Shown: piece after piece, positions 1 to 9,052 of the stretch
How the letters are laid out: the number at the start of each line of letters is the position of its first letter
Position numbering within the stretch: the first letter of the stretch is position 1
Program-made: the position numbers and the translations under genes
Origin: Betaproteobacteria bacterium
GTDB lineage: Bacteria; Pseudomonadota; Gammaproteobacteria; Burkholderiales; Casimicrobiaceae
Length of the DNA stretch: 64,000 nt
Direction: 5' to 3'
Assembly: GCA_032123655.1 (NCBI GenBank)
Contig: JAQBEY010000120.1
Location: 2 to 64,001, forward strand
The notes under the pieces: model-generated
Told to the model about the DNA's origin: nothing
The model's database searches: none
The model's input: only the letters and a program-made list of their open reading frames with translations

Positions 1-33
1 TGATTATTTGTCTAGTTTTGCGTATGTTATGGC

Positions 34-852
34 ATGGCTTCCCTCGATTCTTACCTCGACGATCTGCTCAGGCACGGCCGCGCCTGCTTCTCCCGGAATG
101 ATGTATCCGCTGCGCTGAGCCTAAAGCCGCAGGCACTAGCCGCGGCGCTCACGCGGGCAATCAGCAAGCACCGGCTGGCGAACCCCCGGCACGGCTTCTA
201 TCTGATCCTGCGCCCTGAAGACCAGATTGCCGGCGCGCCCGACCCCGTGAAGTGGATCGACCCGCTGATGAAGCATCAAGGGATCGACTACCGCATTTCG
301 TTGCTGCGCGCGGCGGCATTCCACGGCTCGTCGCATCAGGCAAGCATGGTCTTCCAGGTCGTCGCCCCGAGGCAGTTGCGTGACTTCGAGCTGGGTCGTC
401 ACCGCCTGCAGTTCATCTATCAGATGCCCAAGGCATTTGCTCAAGTCAACAAGCCCGAGCTGGTCGGTCAGATGAAGAGCGATGCCGGCTTCGCAAAGGT
501 TGCCGGCGTCGAGCTGACGCTGCTCGACTGCGTGCGCTACTTCCACAAGGCGGCCGGCATCAATGGCGTCGCGCAGATCGCCAAGGAGATTGGCGCAAAC
601 GCCAATCCGCGCACGCTGGCAAAGGCGGCTGCCGCATACGAAAACTCGGCTGTACGTCGGCTCGGCTACTTGCTCGAATGGGCGGGTCACGGTCGCCAGG
701 CCCGCGCGCTGGAGCCCTTTGTCAGGCAAGCCAAGACGATGTTGTCACTGAATCCCGCCGTGAAGCCCATCGTGGCAGCACTGGCGCAGGTTCACGAGAG
801 AAACGCCAAGTGGAAGCTCACGATCAATGAAACGGTGGAGATCTCGGAATGA
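34..852 (+). CDS. abiEi: Type IV toxin-antitoxin system antitoxin, AbiEi family
   Basis: 272-aa ORF with an N-terminal HTH-like region (SRNDVSAALSLKPQALAAALTR) and a conserved C-terminal AbiEi-type domain. Its stop overlaps the start of the next gene in ATGA (849-852), the typical AbiEi/AbiEii coupling. Confidence 0.8.
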   Translation: MASLDSYLDDLLRHGRACFSRNDVSAALSLKPQALAAALTRAISKHRLANPRHGFYLILRPEDQIAGAPDPVKWIDPLMKHQGIDYRISLLRAAAFHGSSHQASMVFQVVAPRQLRDFELGRHRLQFIYQMPKAFAQVNKPELVGQMKSDAGFAKVAGVELTLLDCVRYFHKAAGINGVAQIAKEIGANANPRTLAKAAAAYENSAVRRLGYLLEWAGHGRQARALEPFVRQAKTMLSLNPAVKPIVAALAQVHERNAKWKLTINETVEISE

Positions 853-1727
853 TTCCCACCGCCTTCCTGCATGCGTGGAGTGTCATGGCACCCTGGCCGG
901 ACTTGAGGCAGGTCGAGCAGGACCTGATCATCAGCCGCGCGCTGTGCGACCTGTTCAATGCGCCGACGCTGAAGGACAAGATAGCGTTCCGGGGTGGAAC
1001 GGCGATCCACAAACTGCTGTTCAAGCAGCCGCTGCGCTATTCGGAAGACATCGATCTCGTGCAAGTGAAGGCTGAGCCCATCGGTGCGACGGTCGACGCG
1101 ATCCGGGAAGCACTGTCGTGGCTTGGAAGATGTCAGCGAGAGCAGGCAGGTCACTCGATGCATCTGGTGTTCAAGTTCACACCCGAGGTCGATTCCCAGG
1201 CAACGCTCAAGCTCAAGGTCGAGATCAACACCCGGGAGCACACGAACCTGCTCGGCATCAAGCGGTATCCCTTTGCATTCGAAAATGACTGGTACCGAGG
1301 AAAGACCGAGATCGCGTCTTTCGAGCCCGAGGAGCTGTTCGGTACGAAGCTGCGCGCGTTGCTGCAGCGACGCGCGAGCCGCGACCTGTTCGATTTGCAT
1401 CAAGGACTGGAGCAACTTCCGCTGGCCCCGGAAAAAGTCATCGCATGCTTTGACCACTATCTGGCACTGGAAGGCAAGCCGATCACGCGCGCGATGGCCG
1501 AGCAGCGCATGCTTGAAAAGCTCGCACGGAGCCTGACCGAAGACATCACTCCGTTGCTGCCAGTGGGGATTCAATTTGGAGAACTGGATGCGATCCATGC
1601 CTTCGAGCGGGTTTGGATAGAGCTGATCGCGAGGATGGCCGGGGAGGGGTGGAAGCTCGCGGAATCGGTGCTCGAAGAATTGCGTGACAAAAGATTTCCG
1701 GGACTTCTGACGTCGCGGGATTCGTAG
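849..1727 (+). CDS. abiEii: Nucleotidyltransferase toxin, AbiEii/AbiGii family
   Basis: 292-aa ORF with the nucleotidyltransferase signature FRGGTAIHKL...RYSEDIDLV, characteristic of AbiEii toxins. It is translationally coupled to the upstream antitoxin. Confidence 0.85.
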   Translation: MIPTAFLHAWSVMAPWPDLRQVEQDLIISRALCDLFNAPTLKDKIAFRGGTAIHKLLFKQPLRYSEDIDLVQVKAEPIGATVDAIREALSWLGRCQREQAGHSMHLVFKFTPEVDSQATLKLKVEINTREHTNLLGIKRYPFAFENDWYRGKTEIASFEPEELFGTKLRALLQRRASRDLFDLHQGLEQLPLAPEKVIACFDHYLALEGKPITRAMAEQRMLEKLARSLTEDITPLLPVGIQFGELDAIHAFERVWIELIARMAGEGWKLAESVLEELRDKRFPGLLTSRDS

Positions 1728-1756
1728 CGGCGTGCGTAATTATATGGACGACTTGA

Positions 1757-3397
1757 TTGCCGGTTATGGGGCTCATGATTGAACGCGATCCATCGGCGGA
1801 ATTAAAGGCCGAAAACGATCGGCTGATCGCGCTGTTGGAAGCAAAGGGCATTCAATGGCGCATCCAGCAGCCAGAGCGCTCGTCGCCAGCGTCGGCGCCG
1901 GAGACCTCACGGCTTTCCACGGGCGGGAAGGTGGCGCTGTTTCGGCGGTTATTCCTTGGGCGCACGGATGTCTACCCGATTCGTTGGGAGAGCAAGACGT
2001 CGGCCAAGTCCGGTTATTCGCCAGCCTGCGCCAACGAATGGCGTGCCGGTGTCTGCGAAAAACCGCGCATCAAATGCGGGGACTGTAGTAACCGAATGTT
2101 GATTCCGCTGTCCGACTCGGTCATCTTCGACCATCTGGCCGGCGAGCATACAGTTGGCGTCTATCCCCTGCTCGAGGACGACACTTGCTATTTCCTCGCC
2201 ATCGATTTCGACGAAGCCGAGTGGAGAGAGGACGCTCGCGCCTTCGTACAGTCGTGTGGCGAACTTGGCGTGCCCGTTGCCCTCGAGATTTCGCGCTCTG
2301 GCAAAGGGGCGCACGCCTGGGTGTTTTTCGCTGGCCGGGTCTCGGCCCGCGATGCCCGTCGCTTGGGCACGGCCATCATCAGCCACACCTGCTCGCGAAC
2401 CCGGCAATTGAAATTGGAGTCTTACGACCGGCTGTTCCCCAATCAGGACACGATGCCTAAGGGCGGCTTTGGCAACCTGATCGCATTGCCCCTGCAGAAG
2501 ATGCCTCGTGAGAACGGTTATAGCGTTTTCGTTGATGCGGAATTGCACCCCTACCACGACCAGTGGGCGTTCTTGGCGTCCATCCATCTGATGGCACCGC
2601 ACGACATCGAGCCGACCATCCTGCGTGCGACGGGCAGGACGCATCCACTGGATGTCACTTTCATCGACGAAGAAGACTTGGCTACGCCGTGGAAGCGTTC
2701 GGCCCCGTCCACGAAGCAGCTGCCGGGGACAATGCCGAAGTCACTCACTGTGACGCTGAGCAATCTCATCTACTTCGAGAAGGCTCAGTTGCCGCAGTCC
2801 CTGGCGAACCGTCTGATCCGCCTCGCCGCGTTTCAGAACCCGGAGTTCTACAGGGCGCAGGCGATGCGGATGTCGGTGTGGGACAAACCACGCGTGATTG
2901 GTAACGCGGAAAACTACCCACTGCACATTGGCCTGCCGCGCGGATGCCTGGATGCCGCAAAGGAACTGCTGAAAGACAACGGCATTGCCTGCGAACTGCG
3001 TGATGAGCGTTTTGGCGGAGAGCCGCTGGACGTCGCGTTTTTCGGTAAGCTGCGTACCGATCAGCAATCGGCTGTTGCCACAATGCTGAGCTATGACGCT
3101 GGCGTTCTATGCGCGCCTACCGCCTTCGGCAAGACGGTCGCGGCGGCAGAGATGATCGCCAAGCGTGGTGTAAACGCCCTGGTACTGGTGCATCGCACCG
3201 AGTTGCTCAAACAGTGGCATGAACGTCTGCAGGCCTTCCTCGGCGTCGGCAAGGGCACGATCGGCACAATCGGCGGCGGCAAAGCCAAGCCTACGGGGAA
3301 GATTGATATAGCGGTGATGCAGTCTCTGTCGCGGCAAGGCGAGGTGCACCCGCTGGTGGAGAACTACGGTCACGTCATCGTGGATGAGTGCCACCAC
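1757..3397 (+). pseudogene. Archaeo-eukaryotic primase (AEP)/SF2 helicase fusion ('TOTE conflict system'-like), 3' end truncated by IS21
   Basis: N-terminal coiled-coil (AELKAENDRLIALLEAKG) and Cys cluster (CEKPRIKCGDC). AEP core motifs FLAIDFDE, SRSGKGAHAWVFF and GGFGNLIALPLQ. Helicase Walker A (APTAFGKTV) and motif II (VDECHH). The frame runs into the IS21 left end at 3398 and helicase motifs III-VI are absent. The last 23 codons of the tracked ORF (to 3469) are IS-derived. Confidence 0.75.
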
Positions 3398-3447
3398 TGT
3401 CGGCGCCGATCGAATTTTGACCACCTGTGCCGATTGAATTTTGACCA
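3398..3447. repeat. IS21 left terminal inverted-repeat block with two subterminal repeats
   Basis: gccgatcgaattttgacca (3405-3423) and gccgattgaattttgacca (3429-3447), mirrored at the right end. Confidence 0.75.
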
Positions 3448-3603
3448 AGGATCTTGTGCCGTCCTTTGAAGGGACGGCTGTGCATAAGTGTACGTGATCG
3501 TGGGTGTTCGGCTTCTCCTTGAGAGTCTTCTTCGTGGGTCGGTTCGCGCGGGGGAAGTCGCGTAGGGCGTAGCCCGGAGCGAGTTTTCCCGCGCGGCGTT
3601 CGG

Positions 3604-4398
3604 TTATGGCTTCGCTGCAGTGCCCGTCCGCTTGGCTTGCTCCCGCGCCTTGATGCGCGACTTGGCCGTGGCGCTGCTGTGGCTGAACCGGTAGGACTCG
3701 TTACCCGTCTCCACGATATGGCAGTGATGGGTCAGGCGATCCAGCAACGCCGTGGTCATCTTCGCGTCACCGAACACGCTGGCCCATTCGGCGAAGGTGA
3801 GATTGGTGGTGATCATCACGCTGGTACGCTCGTAGAGCTTCGAGAGCAGGTGGAACAGGAGCGCCCCACCGGGCTGGCTGAATGGCAGGTATCCCAGCTC
3901 GTCCAGAATCACCAAATCCATGCGCATCAGCCGAAACGCGATGCGCCCCTGCCTGCCCTGGACCTTCTCCTGCTCCAGGGCATTGACCAGATCGACCGTC
4001 GAGTAGAACCGCACCCGTTTGGCGTGCCGGGTGATGCCTGCCACGCCAATCGCGGTCGCCAGATGCGACTTGCCCGTGCCCGTGCCACCGATCAGCACGA
4101 CATTGTGCGCGGCCTGGACGAACGACAGATCGGCCAACTGCTCAACCAGCGCCCGATCCACCTTGGACTGCGTGAAGTCAAAGCCCGCCAGATCGCGGTG
4201 AACGGGGAACTTTGCCGCATTCATCTGGTTGCTCGTCGAGCGAACGGATCGTTCCGTGCGTTCAGCCGCAAGCAAGTGCTCGATCAACCAGCTCGAGGTG
4301 TCCAGCGACGCGTTCGTACCCTGCGCCAACAGGTCGGCCCAGGCGCCGGCCATGCCGTATAAGCGCATCTCCTTGAATTCGGCGGCCACATCACGCAT
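3604..4398 (-). CDS. istB: IS21-family helper ATPase IstB
   Basis: Starts [24 protein letters not shown]. Walker A is [11 protein letters not shown] and Walker B is LVILDELGY. The ATG at 4398 overlaps the istA stop (4391-4393) by 8 nt. Confidence 0.9.
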   Translation of the reverse strand: MRDVAAEFKEMRLYGMAGAWADLLAQGTNASLDTSSWLIEHLLAAERTERSVRSTSNQMNAAKFPVHRDLAGFDFTQSKVDRALVEQLADLSFVQAAHNVVLIGGTGTGKSHLATAIGVAGITRHAKRVRFYSTVDLVNALEQEKVQGRQGRIAFRLMRMDLVILDELGYLPFSQPGGALLFHLLSKLYERTSVMITTNLTFAEWASVFGDAKMTTALLDRLTHHCHIVETGNESYRFSHSSATAKSRIKAREQAKRTGTAAKP

Positions 4399-5929
4399 GG
4401 CGCACCTCCTCGGTGCTGTCCTCGTCGCTGCCCTCATCGCGCAGGCGGTCATAGCGCCCCGTGTCAGCAACCGGCACCTCCGTGACCTGCAACAGGGTCT
4501 CGACCTGTTCGAGCGGCTCGCTGGGCTTGAGCCGGCCCACCACGTTGATCACATGCTCGGCACTCACCGCGCCGGACTCCAGCACCAGTTCCACCGCCAC
4601 CAGAACGGCCTCAATCCCCGCGCCAGGCACGGCGGCAAGCACCTGCGCCATGACGCGGTCACCGCCCTCACGAGGCAGCAAGGTGCTTTGCAGCCGCCGT
4701 AGCGCCTCGGGCATGTCTGCGAACGGGGCTCCGTTCCTGAGTGCACCCGGCTTTCTCTGTACCAGCGGAATGTAGTGCTGCCAGTCGTAGCGGGTCTGAC
4801 CGCGCTCGGTCAGCCGTTCGTGGGTCGCAACCAGTGCTTCGCTCGCCACCACCTCCACGCGCTGCGGGTACACCCGCACGCTGACCATCTGGCCCACCAG
4901 ATCGCACGGCACCGAGTACCGGTTGCGCTGCACGCTGATCAGGCAAGTGCTCGACACCCGCCCAAGGCTCTCGACATAGCCGTCGAACGCCGCGGGCATC
5001 GGCATCAGGTGCGGTTGCTCATGCTCGAGCATCTCGGCCACACTGAACTCCCGATGCTCGGGATGGCGCACTTCGCCCCACAGCGCCCGGCAGCGGGTTC
5101 CCACCCAGGCGTTGAGCGCAACCAGCGAGCTAAAGCGTTCCCTGCCCGCGTCCTGCCAGATCCGCCGCCGACTGTCCTGCACGTTCTTCTCAACGACACC
5201 CTTCTCCCAGCCAGAAGCGACGTTGCAGAAATCGGCCTCGAACAGATAGTGCGCGCACAGCACCCCAAAGCGAGCGTTGACGATGCGCCCCTTGCCCTTT
5301 TGCACCTTGTCCACAGCGGTCTTCATGTTGTCGTAGATGCCCCTGCGCGGCACCCCGCCCAACGCCTCGAACGACCGCGTGTGCGCATCAAACAGCATCT
5401 CGTGGCCCTGGCTCGGGTAGGCCACCAGCCAGAACGCGCGACTCGCGCACAGCTTCAAATGCGCCACCTGCAGCCGGCGGTAGATCCCGCCCACCACAAG
5501 ACCCTCTTCGCTCCAGTCGAATTGGAACGCCTCACCAAGATCGAATTTCAGCGGCACGAAGGCGCGCCTCGCCTGCGCTTGTCCAACGCTTTGGCGCCAG
5601 TACCGGATGAAGTCCGTCACTCGCGTGTAGCCGCCCTTATAGCCCTCACGCCTGAGCTGCGCACACAGCGCACGCGCAGTTCGCCGGTCTCGCTTCGGAC
5701 GGTGAGCGTCCGTTTCCAGTGCCTGAACCAACTGCGCCTCGAACGCCGAGAGCTTGCCCAGCGTGTCCCGCCTTCGGTATTTCGGGGGCGCGGCCTGCGC
5801 AACCTTCAGCCACTTCTTGACCGTATTGCGCGACAAACTCGTGCGCCGCGCAATCTCGCTGAACGACATATTGTCGCGCAGATACATCCGTCGAATCTTG
5901 CCAACCAGTGCCATGGTAATCACCTCCAT
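4391..5929 (-). CDS. istA: IS21-family transposase IstA
   Basis: 512-aa ORF with an N-terminal HTH ([22 protein letters not shown]) and a DDE integrase core typical of IstA. The true start may be the ATG at 5914 (MALVGKI...). Confidence 0.9.
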   Translation of the reverse strand: MEVITMALVGKIRRMYLRDNMSFSEIARRTSLSRNTVKKWLKVAQAAPPKYRRRDTLGKLSAFEAQLVQALETDAHRPKRDRRTARALCAQLRREGYKGGYTRVTDFIRYWRQSVGQAQARRAFVPLKFDLGEAFQFDWSEEGLVVGGIYRRLQVAHLKLCASRAFWLVAYPSQGHEMLFDAHTRSFEALGGVPRRGIYDNMKTAVDKVQKGKGRIVNARFGVLCAHYLFEADFCNVASGWEKGVVEKNVQDSRRRIWQDAGRERFSSLVALNAWVGTRCRALWGEVRHPEHREFSVAEMLEHEQPHLMPMPAAFDGYVESLGRVSSTCLISVQRNRYSVPCDLVGQMVSVRVYPQRVEVVASEALVATHERLTERGQTRYDWQHYIPLVQRKPGALRNGAPFADMPEALRRLQSTLLPREGGDRVMAQVLAAVPGAGIEAVLVAVELVLESGAVSAEHVINVVGRLKPSEPLEQVETLLQVTEVPVADTGRYDRLRDEGSDEDSTEEVRHA

Positions 5930-5968
5930 CTCCCCGCCTAATAATTAGGCAGGGTAGGTTGAATACCC

Positions 5969-6028
5969 TGGTCAATTTTGAATCGGCACTACCCCTCTAA
6001 TCTGGTCAATTTTCGGTCGGCGTCAACA
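5969..6028. repeat. IS21 right terminal inverted-repeat block with two subterminal repeats
   Basis: tggtcaattttgaatcggc (5969-5987) and tggtcaattttcggtcggc (6003-6021). The element ends ...aaca at 6028 (reverse complement TGTT...). Confidence 0.75.
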
Positions 6029-6328
6029 CCCCGGCAACAGCGCCTTGCCACCGAGGTCCACGACCACGGTGTTTGCGCCCTTGTGGGCCTTCTCGACATC
6101 GGCGCGCATACCCACCGCCACGATCTTGCCGCCTTTGACGGCCAGCGCCTCCGCGCTCGGCTGCCTGTCGTTGACGGTGACGATCTCACCACCGGTATAG
6201 ATCGTGTCGGCGGCGTCGACCTGCTGCACCGCCGCCTGCGGTGGTGTGGACTCCTGCGACTTGCCGCAGCCCGTCAGCAGACAAGCGGTCAGCAGCGCGA
6301 TGGCGGGTATGGAGAGAGACAGTTTCAT
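6029..6328 (-). pseudogene. Amidohydrolase-family lipoprotein, N-terminal fragment only (3' end removed at the IS21 right end)
   Basis: Lipoprotein signal MKLSLSIPAIALLTACLLTGC, then ...IYTGGEIVTVND...ALAVKGGKIVAVG...VVDLGGKALLPG. This breaks exactly where amidohydrolases continue with the metal-binding F-x-D-x-H-x-H segment. The junction is at 6028/6029. Confidence 0.6.
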
Positions 6329-6424
6329 TGCGCTTCCTTTGACGTTCGACGCTATTGCTGTATGCGGGGTGCTTGGTGAGATGAGGGCAAAGCGCGGTCC
6401 CCTCGTGGCCGAACCGAATTTTAC

Positions 6425-6439
6425 CGGGTCACTCAGGAA
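6425..6439. repeat. 15-bp direct repeat copy A (cgggtcactcaggaa)
   Basis: Identical 15-mer recurs at 7551-7565. Partial similarity continues about 13 nt downstream (xxgatgxatg). Confidence 0.7.
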
Positions 6440-6731
6440 ATGATGCATGGACAGGAATGGGCTGCTCGGGATTGCCTGGCATTGGCCGGCATTGACCGGG
6501 CCAGCGGAATCAAACGCGGGGCCGGGGCTGATGAGTGGCCGCTATGCGGCACGCAAACAGTTCAAGGGAACTTCTGCTCTGGGTCGGGTGCAGGCTTTCG
6601 CTCCGCCCCGACGAAGGTCAGCTTCAGCTCAGCAAACCGACGCTCACGGTACCCCTGCCTGCTCCACTCTCCGCACTGCCGAAACGCAGCCAGGGTCCCC
6701 GACAGGTGTTCCGCTTGACGGAATCCTTGTG

Positions 6732-6757
6732 GCGGATCACAATCGCGCATGATCCGC
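6732..6757. promoter_or_regulatory. Perfect 8-bp inverted repeat spanning the higB start codon
   Basis: gcggatca-N10-tgatccgc; the higB ATG (6749) lies inside the spacer and right arm. It is a candidate antitoxin operator or translation-masking hairpin. Confidence 0.35.
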
Positions 6758-7027
6758 TCGTTCGCGTGCGCTGATACCGAGGCCTTGTTTCACAGCCGAG
6801 CGGTGTCCCGCTTCCGCAACATTGAGCGCGTCGCGAGACGCAAGTTGCTTCAGATCCACGCCGCCACCGAGCTGGCCAGCCTGCGCATCCCACCGGGCAA
6901 CCAGCTGGAGGCGCTGAAGGCCGACCGCAAGGGCCAGCACAGCATTCGCATCAACGACCAGTGGCGAATCTGCTTTGTCTGGAAGACCGATGGAGCGCAC
7001 CGCGTCGAGATCGTGGACTACCACTAG
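6749..7027 (+). CDS. higB: Type II toxin HigB (RelE/ParE superfamily, plasmid maintenance system killer)
   Basis: 92-aa ORF with the HigB-type signature ...HSIRINDQWRICFVW..DGAHRVEIVDYH. The toxin-first order with the downstream HigA is typical. Confidence 0.85.
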   Translation: MIRSFACADTEALFHSRAVSRFRNIERVARRKLLQIHAATELASLRIPPGNQLEALKADRKGQHSIRINDQWRICFVWKTDGAHRVEIVDYH

Positions 7028-7038
7028 GAATACGGAAC

Positions 7039-7344
7039 ATGGCCAAGTTGCTCGAAGAGATTCATCCGGGCGAGATCCTGCTGGAGGACTTCATGAAGCC
7101 CATGGGCATCAGCGCTCGCCAGCTCGCGGCGGACATCGATGTCTCGCCGAGCAGGATCAGCGAATTGGTGAATGGCCAGCGCCCCATCACGGCGGACACC
7201 GCGCTTCGGCTCGGGTTGTTCTTCGGCATGGAGCCCCGGTTCTGGCTGAACCTGCAGTCCGAGTACGACATCCGAGTCGCGGACCGGGAACTCCGAGCCA
7301 AGCTCTCGCCAAGGATCCGCGTCTTCCAGCCGGCCGTGGCGTGA
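7039..7344 (+). CDS. higA: Type II antitoxin HigA (XRE-family HTH)
   Basis: Starts MAKLLEEIHPGEILLEDFMKPMGIS. The HTH is ARQLAADIDVSPSRISELVNGQRPITADTALRL. The ATG at 7039 is 11 nt after the higB stop. Confidence 0.85.
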   Translation: MAKLLEEIHPGEILLEDFMKPMGISARQLAADIDVSPSRISELVNGQRPITADTALRLGLFFGMEPRFWLNLQSEYDIRVADRELRAKLSPRIRVFQPAVA

Positions 7345-7436
7345 CGGTCGGCTCTCGTGGCTATGCACGGCCGGTTTTGGGAGGCACCCAGGACCGCTCC
7401 GGGTGGGGTGCAGGTCCTCCTGCTTCTCGGCGACGA

Positions 7437-7447
7437 TGACGGTAAAA
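7437..7447. repeat. TGACGGTAAAA motif, copy 1
   Basis: The 11-mer recurs twice in tandem at 7648-7670. A related inverted copy, ttttaccgggtca, lies at 6419-6431. Confidence 0.6.
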
Positions 7448-7550
7448 TATTCGGCATAAAAGTGTTATGCAACAAGCACTTAGATGGTTTGATGCCCGGG
7501 CCTCTAGGGTGTTCATCCAAGGCTCACGGCGAGGTGCAACAGGGGGCACG

Positions 7551-7565
7551 CGGGTCACTCAGGAA
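7551..7565. repeat. 15-bp direct repeat copy B (cgggtcactcaggaa)
   Basis: Identical to 6425-6439; together the two copies bracket the higBA module. Confidence 0.7.
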
Positions 7566-7647
7566 CCGATGGATGTCGATAGATCTCGAAAGGTCACTTT
7601 TCATCGAATCGCCCGCAAACCCGCGCCAATGCTGGTGCCTGACAGGT

Positions 7648-7670
7648 TGACGGTAAAAATGACGGTAAAA
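7648..7670. repeat. TGACGGTAAAA motif, copies 2 and 3 (12-bp period tandem)
   Basis: tgacggtaaaaa-tgacggtaaaa, in the AT-rich non-coding stretch upstream of the RidA-family gene. Confidence 0.6.
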
Positions 7671-7787
7671 GTTTGTGGAGCAGCGTCCAGTGCCTTGCCG
7701 ATCAACAGCTTAGAAGGCGCGTTGATGATCGAGTGGGAGTGAGTGTCGATGACCGGCCCCGGCGACAGGCGATCCTTCGCGCCCGGC

Positions 7788-8748
<961 letters not shown>

Positions 8749-8803
8749 TGCGGGCTGCAGGCGGTTGCGCAAATCCCCGCGCATGCACGACACTTGGCGA
8801 GCG

Positions 8804-9052
8804 ATGACCCACGTTGAGGCACCTGGCTTCCTGAACACAACCGGCACCGAAGTGCCGCCGTTGGTCGTGCGCCCGCTGACGCCGAATCTCGGCGCGCAGA
8901 TTTCTGGCGTGGATCTGGCGAAGGGTCCGGACGAGGACCTGTTTCGCGCCATCCATCAGTCGTTTTTGCGGCATCAGGTGCTGCTGTTCACGACCGGGGT
9001 GTTGCCTCCCGCCCGCCAGGTCCAGTTCGCCTGGCGCGGCCCCCGCTGGTGA
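8804..9052 (+). pseudogene. TauD/TfdA-family dioxygenase, N-terminal remnant (about 82 codons)
   Basis: ...LVVRPLTPNLGAQISGVDLAKGPDEDLFRAIHQSFLRHQVLLF resembles the N-termini of TauD/TfdA Fe(II)/2-oxoglutarate dioxygenases, which are normally about 280-300 aa. The frame terminates at 9052, overlapping the next gene. Confidence 0.45.

Larger units (their letters stand above)
3398..6028 (-). mobile_element. IS21-family insertion sequence (istA-istB), about 2.63 kb
   Basis: istA and istB overlap on the minus strand. The imperfect terminal inverted repeats start with TGT (left tgtcggcgccgatcgaattttgacca; reverse complement of right tgttgacgccgaccgaaaattgacca). Each end carries two copies of a subterminal repeat, as in IS21 relatives. 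Confidence 0.85.

Noticed and set aside
3398-3469. C-terminal tail (CRRRSNFDHLCRLNFDQGSCAVL) of the tracked 570-aa ORF
   Set aside because: This segment lies inside the IS21 terminal repeat. It is read-through into the insertion, not part of the original helicase.
6440-6748. Several 60-100-aa ORFs on both strands upstream of higB
   Set aside because: No recognisable domain was found in any frame, so the stretch is treated as non-coding or decayed sequence. A remnant of an unknown gene cannot be excluded without a search.
7345-7742. Possible tRNA/tmRNA integration target at the island boundary
   Set aside because: I could not find a cloverleaf or a conserved T-loop (GGTTCGAATCC-like) sequence by eye. 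A tRNAscan/Infernal run is still advisable.
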